Below, piece after piece: positions 48,015 to 57,112 of a stretch of 64,000 bases of DNA. This stretch comes from a virus. How positions within the stretch are numbered: the stretch's first letter is position 1; every line of letters starts with the position of its first letter. Both the position numbers and the translations under genes were made by a program. Location: positions 73,166-137,165 of the IMG/VR virus record IMGVR_UViG_3300032315_000774. One strand, 5' to 3'. The notes beneath the pieces were generated by a model. It saw only the letters and a program-made list of their open reading frames with translations. It was not told where the DNA came from and ran no database searches.

Positions 48015-51000
48015 TCACCCCTTGCTCGGCGTCGGCAGGTCGCCCTGCGGGAACGTGAGCGTCTTCCGCTTCTTCGGCTTCGGGGCCTGACGCGTCGGCA
48101 TCGGCAGGTCACCTTCTGGCTCGAAGTGCGGCTTCATCGTCGACGGCTTCGGACGCTTGTAGCTGACGTCGAAGGCTGAAGCCTCCGGATCGCCACCTTC
48201 GAGCACCTTGCCTGGCTTCGGCCCCTTCGGAGGCTTCGGCACGCTCTTGTGATCGAAGACCTTCTGCGCGTAGCGGTCGCGCGGCTTCTCTTCACGATCG
48301 CGCTCGTCCTCGTACGACTCACGCGAGCGGTCTTCCTTCCGCTCACGATCGCGGACGAACTCGTTCCACTCGTCCTCGTCGTACTCCTCGGGATCGAGGT
48401 CGTCGATGATCGTGAACGTCATGTTCGTCGGAGCCGCGTCCTTCTTCTTGTCCTTGGGCTTGTCTTCGGGCTTCGGCTTCGGCTGCCATGGCCCATCACC
48501 GCCCCAGCCCGTCGGACGCTTCTGCGCGACCTGGGAGAGCAGTGCAGGACGTGACCACGCGCGCTGTGCGGCGGCCACGATCTCTCCGCCGACGATCTGA
48601 CGCGCGGACGTCTGGTCCTCGCCCTTCGTCTGCAGGAAGTGCTTGAAGCTCGACCGGAACTCGGCGACCGCTTCGTCGATCGTCATGCCCTGGTTTCGAT
48701 ACGTGCGCATCGCCGACTCGATCTCGCTGCGCTCTTCCTCCGTCAGAGGCGCCATCTCCATCGAGCCGCCGCTCAGCTCGGGTGGTGCGTCGGCCGCTCC
48801 ACCTTCGTCGATCATCATCTGCAGCTCTTCGGGCGCGATCTGCGCGCGGCGCATCTGCACGACCTTGCCGTGCTTCGAAGCGATGCGCAGCGCATCCGCC
48901 AGGCGAGATGCGTTGATCGCGATGTCGCGGGTCTTCGACCCTTGCGTCACGGTCGCCACGAAGCTGTTCGTCGACAGCGCGTCGATCACAGCGTCGACCG
49001 CGTCGCGTGCCTCGACCAGCTTGTGCTCGGCCTCTTGCGACTTCTTGACGCGATCGACACCTTTACCCGGCTCAGCGATCGGCGCGAACGACGGGATGAC
49101 CGCGCTGACTGCGTCTGCGAGCGGCGTCATCTTGTCGCCTGCCATCACGAGCGAGTCGACGAGATCCTGCATGCTGTTCGTGACGATCATCAGCGCGTTG
49201 TTCGCCTCGTCGAGGTTGTCGGCGAACAGCGGAAAGACGTCCAGCGCGGTCTGGATCGCTGTCTTCGCCGTCTCCGCCTGGAGCATCGCGTCCTGGTTGT
49301 CCATCGACTGCGCGCGCTTTGCTGTCTTCGACTCCAGCTGATGGAGGCGTTCCTTGAGCTTCTCTTGCGTGTTCTCCAGCTCCTCGACGAGCTTCTTGTT
49401 GCCGCTCTCGTACGCCTGATCGAGCTGGCGGTCGACGCGGACTTCTTCCGCGAACAAGAAGTCGTAGAGCACCTTCTCCGGCACGGAGAGATGCGCGGGC
49501 GACTCCTTCCAGTACCCTTTCTCGATGGCGTCTCGGATGTCTTCGTCCGACATCGTGTTCTCGAAGTAGCTCACGCCGGTGTTGAACAGAGGCTCTGACT
49601 TCACCAGCTTGATGATCTCGTCGTGGACGATCTCGGCCTGTGCGCTCTTCGACTCGCGGGCCTGTGGAGCAGGCTGCGTCATCGGGGCGAGCTGCGGCGA
49701 AGGCTGCGGAGGCTGCTGCGCGGGCGGCTGCGGCGTCTGAGGCTCGGGCGCGCGTGGAGGCGGCTGATACGTCGGCTGTGGTGCCGTCGAGATGATCTGC
49801 GCCTCCACACCGAACCGCGACGCCAGCACGCGCTGCACGGCGTTGGCTTCGTCCTTCGACGCTGCTGCTTCCAGCCGCAGGTTCTTTCCTGCGACCGTGT
49901 ACACGGCGTTCGGGAGCACTTCGCGTGCGGCGAGGTACATGCGACGCGCGTTGAGCACGTCACCGTTCGGCAGCGCGGCTTCCAGCACGATCCGCTTCTT
50001 CGCCGGGACTTCGTACGCAGCCGAGCGGAAGAAGCCGATGAGCGAGTCGAGCTTGTCCAAGCTCGCGCGCTTCACTTCCTTCTCGCCTCGACGCACGACC
50101 GCCTCGACACCTTCCGTGCCGATCGACCAGTCACGAGCAGTGACCGTGTTCGCGGCCAGCACCTTCGTCTCGATCGCCTCGGCCGACAGCACCTCGATGG
50201 GTGCGCTCGCGCGACGACGCACGAACAGCGCCTCGGCTGGGCTCAGCGCCACGACCGCTTCGTTCGCGAACGCGACGACCGAGCCCATGACCCGCGCCTG
50301 CGACGTGTCGAGCTGGTGCTGACGCATGTCGCTTGCGAGGCGTGACAACGCCACCGGCATGCTCGACGCTTCGATCGTCTGGATCGGCATGTCGGCCAGC
50401 TCGTCGCCCTCGACGGCGTACACGTCGTACGGCTCGTCCATGAGCGGCGGCTCGTCCCCGACCACGACGACCGCATCGTCTGTCGGCGTCAGCGTAACTT
50501 CGAGGTTCTCGCCGGGCGCGCTCGGGTCCTCGACCACTGCGCTTGGTGCGACGAACTCGTCGAGCATCCCCATCTCGACGACCTCGTCCTGATCGGCGAG
50601 CGCGACTTCGACCACGAGCGGGTCACCTGTGTTCGGCGACGCCACCGGCACGACCTCCTCGGTCAGCTCCTCGTGCGGCACCGCTTCTTCCTTCGCCTCG
50701 TGCTCTGCAGGTGTGTCGAGCCCTTCGACGGGAACGTCCTCTGGCACCATCTCCAGCTCCTGTGCTCGACGGAGGAACACGTCCTCGCTCGCGGCCATCA
50801 CCGACCATGCCGCCTCGAATGGATCACTGTGCGTGCGCTGTGCGTGCACGAGACGCAGCTGACCTCGGAGATACGACCGCGCGCGCTCGCTCTGGAAGTC
50901 CGAGCCACCAAGCCCTGCTTCACGGCAGTTCTCGACGAACGCTTCCTCGATCTCTTCCGACGTCTTGCCTTCGCACTGAGCGTCGATCTTCGCTGCGATG

Positions 51001-51494
51001 GCGTTCAGCTTGGTGATGGGCAGCGTGCTGAAGCCGCTGGTCTTCAGCGACGCGTCGATCGCTTCCGCAGTCTTCGACTTCGGGTACTGACGCGTGTAGA
51101 ACGTGTTGAAGCGCGCGACGTCACCGATCGACAGCACTCCGTCCATCGACGCCTGGTACAGCTTGAGCCCGTGCGCTGCGGCGCGACGAAGACCGGCGTC
51201 CTTGCCGTTCTTTTCGGACGCAGCCTTGAGCCCGCGCCAGAAGTCGCCACGCGTGATCGCGGGACGCGCGTCGTCGAACATCGACGCATGAGCCGCGAGT
51301 GCGCGCTCTTGCTGTGCCAGCTTCACGCTCGGGAGAAGAGCTGTCGCGAGCGTCCGCTGCTCCTGACGAACCGCGCGAGTCGACTCACGCGCTTCGGCGT
51401 CCGCATGCAGGCGTTCGGCGATCCGCGACAGAGGCCCGTCACCGAGTTCGACGACAGGCACACCCGCGATGGTGGCGACCTTCGATGTCTTCAT
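48015..51494 (-). CDS. Very large segmented protein (~1159 aa; putative internal head polyprotein)
   Basis: Start MKTSKV at 51494 (ATGA overlap). Alternating acidic and basic segments separated by xxAQ motifs. Confidence 0.7.
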   Translation of the reverse strand: MKTSKVATIAGVPVVELGDGPLSRIAERLHADAEARESTRAVRQEQRTLATALLPSVKLAQQERALAAHASMFDDARPAITRGDFWRGLKAASEKNGKDAGLRRAAAHGLKLYQASMDGVLSIGDVARFNTFYTRQYPKSKTAEAIDASLKTSGFSTLPITKLNAIAAKIDAQCEGKTSEEIEEAFVENCREAGLGGSDFQSERARSYLRGQLRLVHAQRTHSDPFEAAWSVMAASEDVFLRRAQELEMVPEDVPVEGLDTPAEHEAKEEAVPHEELTEEVVPVASPNTGDPLVVEVALADQDEVVEMGMLDEFVAPSAVVEDPSAPGENLEVTLTPTDDAVVVVGDEPPLMDEPYDVYAVEGDELADMPIQTIEASSMPVALSRLASDMRQHQLDTSQARVMGSVVAFANEAVVALSPAEALFVRRRASAPIEVLSAEAIETKVLAANTVTARDWSIGTEGVEAVVRRGEKEVKRASLDKLDSLIGFFRSAAYEVPAKKRIVLEAALPNGDVLNARRMYLAAREVLPNAVYTVAGKNLRLEAAASKDEANAVQRVLASRFGVEAQIISTAPQPTYQPPPRAPEPQTPQPPAQQPPQPSPQLAPMTQPAPQARESKSAQAEIVHDEIIKLVKSEPLFNTGVSYFENTMSDEDIRDAIEKGYWKESPAHLSVPEKVLYDFLFAEEVRVDRQLDQAYESGNKKLVEELENTQEKLKERLHQLESKTAKRAQSMDNQDAMLQAETAKTAIQTALDVFPLFADNLDEANNALMIVTNSMQDLVDSLVMAGDKMTPLADAVSAVIPSFAPIAEPGKGVDRVKKSQEAEHKLVEARDAVDAVIDALSTNSFVATVTQGSKTRDIAINASRLADALRIASKHGKVVQMRRAQIAPEELQMMIDEGGAADAPPELSGGSMEMAPLTEEERSEIESAMRTYRNQGMTIDEAVAEFRSSFKHFLQTKGEDQTSARQIVGGEIVAAAQRAWSRPALLSQVAQKRPTGWGGDGPWQPKPKPEDKPKDKKKDAAPTNMTFTIIDDLDPEEYDEDEWNEFVRDRERKEDRSRESYEDERDREEKPRDRYAQKVFDHKSVPKPPKGPKPGKVLEGGDPEASAFDVSYKRPKPSTMKPHFEPEGDLPMPTRQAPKPKKRKTLTFPQGDLPTPSKG

Positions 51495-51796
51495 GCTGCA
51501 CCCCGTGCGAACTGCACGAGCGTGCCTTCCGCATCGAACGTGGCGACGACAGGCACGACCTTCGTCGCGACACGCGCGACCGCCTCGACGATCACACCGC
51601 CCGCTTCGGTCTTCCGCACACCAAGAGGCTGCAGTGCGAAAGCGACACGTGGGGGCTTGCTTGCGTCTGCTTGACGCGTCTGAGGCTCGGAAGCGAGGAC
51701 GGCCGCCTGGATCTTGCGGGGGATGTCTTTGACCCAGACCTTGCCGTAGTCCCCGAAATACTTCTGCCAGTAGTCGCGCGTGACGGAGTCGGTCAT
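51491..51796 (-). CDS. Small protein with DYWxxYFGxYG motif; first gene of the putative late operon
   Basis: 101 aa, 'DSVTRDYWQKYFGDYGKVWVK'. Confidence 0.7.
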   Translation of the reverse strand: MTDSVTRDYWQKYFGDYGKVWVKDIPRKIQAAVLASEPQTRQADASKPPRVAFALQPLGVRKTEAGGVIVEAVARVATKVVPVVATFDAEGTLVQFARGAA

Positions 51797-51821
51797 GCAC
51801 GAGCGTGCGTGACCGGCTGTC

Positions 51822-51836
51822 TGTCAGTGTCGTTAG
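51822..51836 (-). promoter_or_regulatory. Putative late promoter motif CTAACGACACTGACA (copy 2)
   Basis: Identical to 22788..22802. Lies 26 nt upstream of the ATG at 51796, at the replication/structural boundary. Confidence 0.6.
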
Positions 51837-53572
51837 ACGTCCGTGATCAAAACGCCCGTCGCGCGAGGTCCGACCTGCACCTGATGCACGAACGGAGGCA
51901 GCTCGTGACCTCGGGTGGTCGACAGGAACACGTTCGTCAGCACGCCTGCCTCCAGCTGCTCCTGGAGCTGCACGCACAGCTTCTCGATATTGCTGGGGCT
52001 GTAGGGGGCCAGCTGCGCGTCGTCGAGGTACAGGACGCGTACAGGCGTGTCTTCCGTCCACGCGAGGACGAGACCGAGCATCAGGCTCGTCTGCTCTGCG
52101 CCCGACCACGCACCTCGCCCTCGGCGCCCGCCTCGCGCGTCGATCGACCAGAGACCCGTGTCAGAGTCGCAGCGCGCGACGAAGCCTTCGGGGAGGTAGG
52201 GATTCACGGCAGCCTCTGCCGTCGTCACGACCGTGCGCAGCTCCGTTTGGAGCTGTCGCGTCACGAGGTCTTCGAGCACCTTCGCGACCGACTGACGCTC
52301 GGTCGTGATCGCCGCTTGCCGCTCCAGCTCGCTCACCACGTTCAGACTCGCACGCTTGCTCGTCGCCGACTCGATCTGCGCCTGGAGCACGTCCGAACTC
52401 GGCCCTTCGTACACCACGAAGTTCCCGCGCACAGGACGCGTAGCGCTCTCAGCATCCGCGATCTTCTTGCGAAGGTCGGTCAGTTCTGCGTCGACTTCTG
52501 CAAGCTGCGCGGCTGTGTTATGGCTCAGCACGACCGCAGCGAGCTTCGCTTCCGCCTCCGCGAGCTGCTTGCGTCGAATCTCTAGCAGCTCTCGGTACTC
52601 GACGGCTTTCCCGCTCAAGTCGACGCGAGATGCACACAGCGGACACTGCTTGCTGTTACCTTCACAGGTCTTGATCAGCCACTCGATGCGGTCGATCTTC
52701 GCTGTCAGTGCAGTAATCTCTGCACGCGATTCTTGTGTCTGGTCGTCGGCCCGCTTCTTCTGGTCTTCGAGCGCAGCGCGTCGCTCTTCGAGCGTCTGCA
52801 CACGCTCACGCCAAGGACGTAGCTGCTTCTGCATTTGATCGAACCGTTCGAGTGCGGCCTTGTGCTCTGCACGCTGCGACGCCTCGCTCTCGTAGCGCTT
52901 TGCCTTCGCCAACATGTCGCGCCAGACTTCGATCTGCTCCGAACCTTCGGCTTCGACTTCGGCTTCGGTGCGCTTCGTCTTCGCAGTCTCCTGAAGACGA
53001 CGAGCCTGACGCCCCAACGTCAACTTCTCCGTTCGGCACTTTTCGGAGAGAAGCGACAGCAGGTTCGCCGCGTCCGCGTCGCGGTTCTCCTCGCGCACGG
53101 CTTCCATCAGCTCAGTCCACATCTCGCGCTGGCGATCCGTGAGCGACTTCGGCGGTGTCGTCACCATTCGCTTTCCGAATCGGCGGATGAGCGCTTCACG
53201 TGCTTTGATCGCTCCCGTCGTCAGCGTCTCTACCAGATCGAGAGGCCAGCTCTCCTTCTCCACCTGGCTGGCAGCGCCTGGCGTCGTCACGACACCTTCG
53301 GGGTCCGCGTCCGGCTTCACGCGGAACGTGCGTGTGCTGCCGTCGCCGAACACGATCTGCGCGTGCAGGCCCGCTGCGTCACTCGACAGGCGCATCAGGT
53401 CTTTGGCATGCGGGCCGACCGGATGCTTTCCCAGCAAACACAGACGCAGGATGTCGCCGTGCGCAGTCTTTCCCACGCGATTGTCGCCCACGAACGCCGT
53501 GAACGGAGAGACGTTGACGTTGATCTTCTGCTTGACGTTGCCGCGAATCGCGGTGATGGCGAGAGGATTCAT
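51833..53572 (-). CDS. Rad50/SbcC-like SMC-family ATPase
   Basis: Walker A 'GDNRVGKT', coiled coil with central zinc hook 'CPLC', signature 'WSGAEQ', Walker B 'LYLDD'. Start at 53572 (ATGA overlap). Confidence 0.85.
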   Translation of the reverse strand: MNPLAITAIRGNVKQKINVNVSPFTAFVGDNRVGKTAHGDILRLCLLGKHPVGPHAKDLMRLSSDAAGLHAQIVFGDGSTRTFRVKPDADPEGVVTTPGAASQVEKESWPLDLVETLTTGAIKAREALIRRFGKRMVTTPPKSLTDRQREMWTELMEAVREENRDADAANLLSLLSEKCRTEKLTLGRQARRLQETAKTKRTEAEVEAEGSEQIEVWRDMLAKAKRYESEASQRAEHKAALERFDQMQKQLRPWRERVQTLEERRAALEDQKKRADDQTQESRAEITALTAKIDRIEWLIKTCEGNSKQCPLCASRVDLSGKAVEYRELLEIRRKQLAEAEAKLAAVVLSHNTAAQLAEVDAELTDLRKKIADAESATRPVRGNFVVYEGPSSDVLQAQIESATSKRASLNVVSELERQAAITTERQSVAKVLEDLVTRQLQTELRTVVTTAEAAVNPYLPEGFVARCDSDTGLWSIDARGGRRGRGAWSGAEQTSLMLGLVLAWTEDTPVRVLYLDDAQLAPYSPSNIEKLCVQLQEQLEAGVLTNVFLSTTRGHELPPFVHQVQVGPRATGVLITDV

Positions 53573-56433
53573 TGTGCGCCCCACGTATAGCTCCACTCTG
53601 CCGTCCCAGTAAAGGTCATCCCACGGAACGTGTACTCCATGCACTCCTGGATGATTCGCTTCGCTTCGGCTCGGCGCTCGATGGGTACGATCGCCGCGAT
53701 GTAGTCGTGGACCTGCAGGCAGAGCCCCGTCCACGGGGACCACGACCCGAACGGGATCGCGTCATTGATGAGCTGCAGCGATCGGTTCGCGATGGCCGCC
53801 GCGCTCGCCTGGATCGTCATGTTCGGGACGGCGTTGATCTGCGACAGACCGCCTGGGAAGAAACGCGCACGCCGGTCGAGCATCGGCGACCGAATGTGAC
53901 CGTACTCCTTGAACGTCGCGTGGCAGCGCTCGTGCCACGCCATCGTCCACGGGTGGAGACGGTCCCAGTTGTCCGACCACCGCAGCGTGTCGTCCTTCGA
54001 CAGGTTCGGGAACGCCAGCTCGCCCGTCGCCTTGTTCCGGTTGGCGATCATGACATCGTACAGCTTCTCTTTCGAGCCGCCGTAGATCTTGAGGAAGCAA
54101 AAGACCTTGGCCACCGTGCGCCAATACTTCTTCAGCTCCTTCGGCATGTTCACGATGCGCTGGTAGACCTTCATGAGGTCCTCACCAGGGTTCGCGAGCA
54201 AGCTGGCGCAGTTCAGTGAGTGCAGGTCGAGCTTCTTCTCGATCGCTTCGAGCAGCAGGAGGTCACCTGCCACGATCGCGTAGATGCGCGCCTCGATCTG
54301 CTCGTAGTCCTCGCCGACGAAGCAGTGGCCCCACGGAGCCACGAACATCGAACGCATGTTGAGGCCGCCACGGCCGAGCGCAGGCACGTTCTGGAAGTTC
54401 CACGGGTCGCCTGACGCGAGGCGCCCTGTCGGCGTCACGTGCGCCTTGTACGTCGTCCTCGCGCGTGAGAACCCAGGACGACGCGGCAGGATCAACGTGC
54501 TGACGTCTTCATCGGTCTCCGGGTCGTAGCGCGTGCCGACGACTTCGGGCGCGTACCCGTAGCGGTCGCCTTCATCGAGCGGCGTCGTCTTCGCGTTGTC
54601 GACGTACGTGCCCCGCAGCTTGTCGTGCGCGCGAAGCTGAAGCAGCGTGTCGATCGCCTTGTAGTGGTCGGGCGCCGTCTTCTGGAGACGGTACTGCTTC
54701 ATCAGCTTCGTCAGCTGTGGGCTGCCGACACCGCGCGCTTCTTCGAGGTCATCTTCGTCGGGCTCTTCTCCCTCTTCGAGACCATCGACGACAGGATCGT
54801 AGCCCCACTTGTCGAAAAACAGCTCCATCAGCTGTGTGTTGCTGCGGGGATTGATCTTCGTGCCACTGACAGCTTGGAACTGACGCGTGAGCGCGTGGAC
54901 CTTCGTGTTGAGGTATTCGCTGAACTGCCCGCGCTTCCACTCGTTGAGCCACAGGCCACGGCTCGACATCTCTCGGATGATGGGCAGGAGCGCGAGGTCG
55001 GTCTTCGTCTGGTCGACCGTGGAGCACGCGTAGACCTGTTGCTTGAGCTTGAGACGCGCGCGCATCGTCCCGAGCACGTCGCGCGCGTTGTAGAGGAACA
55101 GCGTCGCGTCGTATCGGACGTCGATGCTCTTGTGATCGACGTCTGACTTGTGCTGGGGCGCGTCGAACAGCTCGCGCATGACGTCGCCCAAGCCGTGGGG
55201 GCGGTCGCACGCGGTCGTGTTGTGGTGCAGGATCATCGTGTCGCTGTAGTGGCGAGCACGATCCGTCATGTAGCCGCCGTTCAGGAGGCACGTGACGTCG
55301 TAGTTCCCGTTGTGGAAGACCAGCGGGTTGTGGTCGAGGACGTTCTGCACCAAGAGGCGCAAGCGCTCCGTCGTCTCTTGGTCGTACCAGAGCGACCCGT
55401 CCATGTGACGGATCGGCATGACCATGACGCTCTCTTCCGGCGTTATGCGACCGAAGCCGATGCACCGAAGCTGCGTCACGTGCGGGTCTTTGTCTGTACC
55501 CTCGACGTCGAGCGTGATCTCGACGCGCGTTCGCTGCGCGTCCTGAAGCCACGCGATAGCCTCATCAGCGGAGGGCTGCAGAATGAAGTCCGGCTCGGTC
55601 CACTCGATGCGCCCGTCGTTGACGGCGATGCGCGCCGCACGCGCGAGGTGCCACTCGATGACAGGCGCGAACTCGCGCTTGTCGCGCATCGCGAACGCCG
55701 GGTGGTAGCTCGACATGAGCACGCGCCCGTCGCGCAAGAAGATCGGCGCGCCTGCCTGCTTGCGGAGACCTGCGACGCGCGGCAAGTCCGGGTCGACATC
55801 CGTCGCGGCCTTGTCCTTCGCGTGCGGGAGGCCGAGGACGACACGCAGACCTTCGAGCGCTTGCGCACCAACGGCGAGCAACACCTTGCTGTTGGCCTCG
55901 TTCAGGTCTCGCATGAGACGAGGCCGACACGCGTCCTGTGGCAAGATCAACGCGGGCGGTTCATCGACAGCGATGCCCTGCGCGCGCATGCGCTCGTAGC
56001 GCTTCTCGGCGATCTTCTCCCAGTTCGGTTCGTCGGCGTCCTCTGGACGTGTGTATTGGCGCAGCCAGCCTCGACGACGCTTGGCGTAGTCCGAGCGCAG
56101 CTTGTTCACGTACGCGGTGAACGAGCCTTCCTGCTCTTCAGGAGGACGACAGAGGATGGTGTTGGTGACAGCGACGTCGTCGCGGGTCAGGCCGCCATCT
56201 GCGAGTGATCGATTGAGGATCGTCCCGCTGGGACCGACGAACGGGACGCCTTGCTTGACTTCACGAGGTCCAGGCGCTTCGCCGACGACGGTCAGGCAGC
56301 TCGACTTGATTTGTCCGAGGACAGGGGCGTGTTGTCCGTAGAGGGGGCATCGCTCGCAGTCGGCGCCACGCGCCTTCGCTTCGGCGTAGACGTCCCGAGA
56401 GACGTCAGCGCGTGGCGCCAACTGGACGAGCAT
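53569..56433 (-). CDS. polA: Family A DNA polymerase with N-terminal family-4 uracil-DNA glycosylase-like domain and 3'-5' exonuclease
   Basis: UDG motifs 'CERCPL', 'GEAPG..E', 'PFVGPSG', 'YHPA'. Exonuclease motifs 'LDVE', 'HNGNYD', 'YNARD'. Polymerase motifs 'TGRL', 'DYEQIEAR', 'RTVAK...YG', 'QVHD'. Confidence 0.92.
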   Translation of the reverse strand: MLVQLAPRADVSRDVYAEAKARGADCERCPLYGQHAPVLGQIKSSCLTVVGEAPGPREVKQGVPFVGPSGTILNRSLADGGLTRDDVAVTNTILCRPPEEQEGSFTAYVNKLRSDYAKRRRGWLRQYTRPEDADEPNWEKIAEKRYERMRAQGIAVDEPPALILPQDACRPRLMRDLNEANSKVLLAVGAQALEGLRVVLGLPHAKDKAATDVDPDLPRVAGLRKQAGAPIFLRDGRVLMSSYHPAFAMRDKREFAPVIEWHLARAARIAVNDGRIEWTEPDFILQPSADEAIAWLQDAQRTRVEITLDVEGTDKDPHVTQLRCIGFGRITPEESVMVMPIRHMDGSLWYDQETTERLRLLVQNVLDHNPLVFHNGNYDVTCLLNGGYMTDRARHYSDTMILHHNTTACDRPHGLGDVMRELFDAPQHKSDVDHKSIDVRYDATLFLYNARDVLGTMRARLKLKQQVYACSTVDQTKTDLALLPIIREMSSRGLWLNEWKRGQFSEYLNTKVHALTRQFQAVSGTKINPRSNTQLMELFFDKWGYDPVVDGLEEGEEPDEDDLEEARGVGSPQLTKLMKQYRLQKTAPDHYKAIDTLLQLRAHDKLRGTYVDNAKTTPLDEGDRYGYAPEVVGTRYDPETDEDVSTLILPRRPGFSRARTTYKAHVTPTGRLASGDPWNFQNVPALGRGGLNMRSMFVAPWGHCFVGEDYEQIEARIYAIVAGDLLLLEAIEKKLDLHSLNCASLLANPGEDLMKVYQRIVNMPKELKKYWRTVAKVFCFLKIYGGSKEKLYDVMIANRNKATGELAFPNLSKDDTLRWSDNWDRLHPWTMAWHERCHATFKEYGHIRSPMLDRRARFFPGGLSQINAVPNMTIQASAAAIANRSLQLINDAIPFGSWSPWTGLCLQVHDYIAAIVPIERRAEAKRIIQECMEYTFRGMTFTGTAEWSYTWGAQ

Positions 56434-56444
56434 GGGTCAGCAGG

Positions 56445-57086
56445 TCAGATGTCGAGCGACTTCGTGGCCGACTGTGCGCCGTTCGGCTTCGCCGTCGCGC
56501 CACCGAAGTTGGTGGTCGCGCTGCCCGCGCCGCCACCCGCCGCGATCGTCGCGGGGATGTCGAAGCGGTGCATGCCGTCCTCCTTCGCCTTCTTCGCCTT
56601 GTCCTTGGCGACGGGACGCGCGAGGTCCGTGCGCGGCTTGCCCTCGTACACGGTGCGCTTCACCTCGAAGTGCGCCTTGTTGTACTTGGTTTCGAGCGCC
56701 TTGAGCAGGCTCTCGACCGAGACCTTCTGGCCGCCCTTGATGTACTCCTGCACCTTGCCCTCCTCGAATCCGCCCGCCACCATGACGTCGATGAGCTGAC
56801 GGAACAGGGGCTTGCCGTTGGAGTCGACGCCGCTCAAGAGGGCGCGCGAGATCGCCTTCTTCCCCTTGGCGTCCTCGTCGAGGCACGTCCAGTGCAGGAC
56901 CGCCATGTACTTGCGGTCCGAGTCGCCGTCCTTGCCGCTGAGCTGAACGTCGTACTTGGCGAGCTGGAACTCGTAGATCCCGTCCTTCTCGAACAGGTCG
57001 ACGGCGGACTCGATGATGCCGTCGTACGACCCGAGCGCGTCGAACGCGATGATCAGCTCTGCGAGGTTGATGGTGTCCTTGGCCAT
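56445..57086 (-). CDS. ssDNA-binding protein-like (OB fold, DUF669-like)
   Basis: 'EKDGIYEFQL...' beta pattern and flexible tail. Directly after the AAA ATPase. High-expression codon use. Confidence 0.5.
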   Translation of the reverse strand: MAKDTINLAELIIAFDALGSYDGIIESAVDLFEKDGIYEFQLAKYDVQLSGKDGDSDRKYMAVLHWTCLDEDAKGKKAISRALLSGVDSNGKPLFRQLIDVMVAGGFEEGKVQEYIKGGQKVSVESLLKALETKYNKAHFEVKRTVYEGKPRTDLARPVAKDKAKKAKEDGMHRFDIPATIAAGGGAGSATTNFGGATAKPNGAQSATKSLDI

Positions 57087-57112
57087 GTGTTTCTTCCTTT
57101 TCCTTCTCTGTT

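Noticed and set aside
51495-52109. N-terminal extension of the 1364-aa track ORF
   Set aside because: It overlaps the 101-aa gene and the Rad50-like gene. The coupled ATG at 51494 is the more plausible start.
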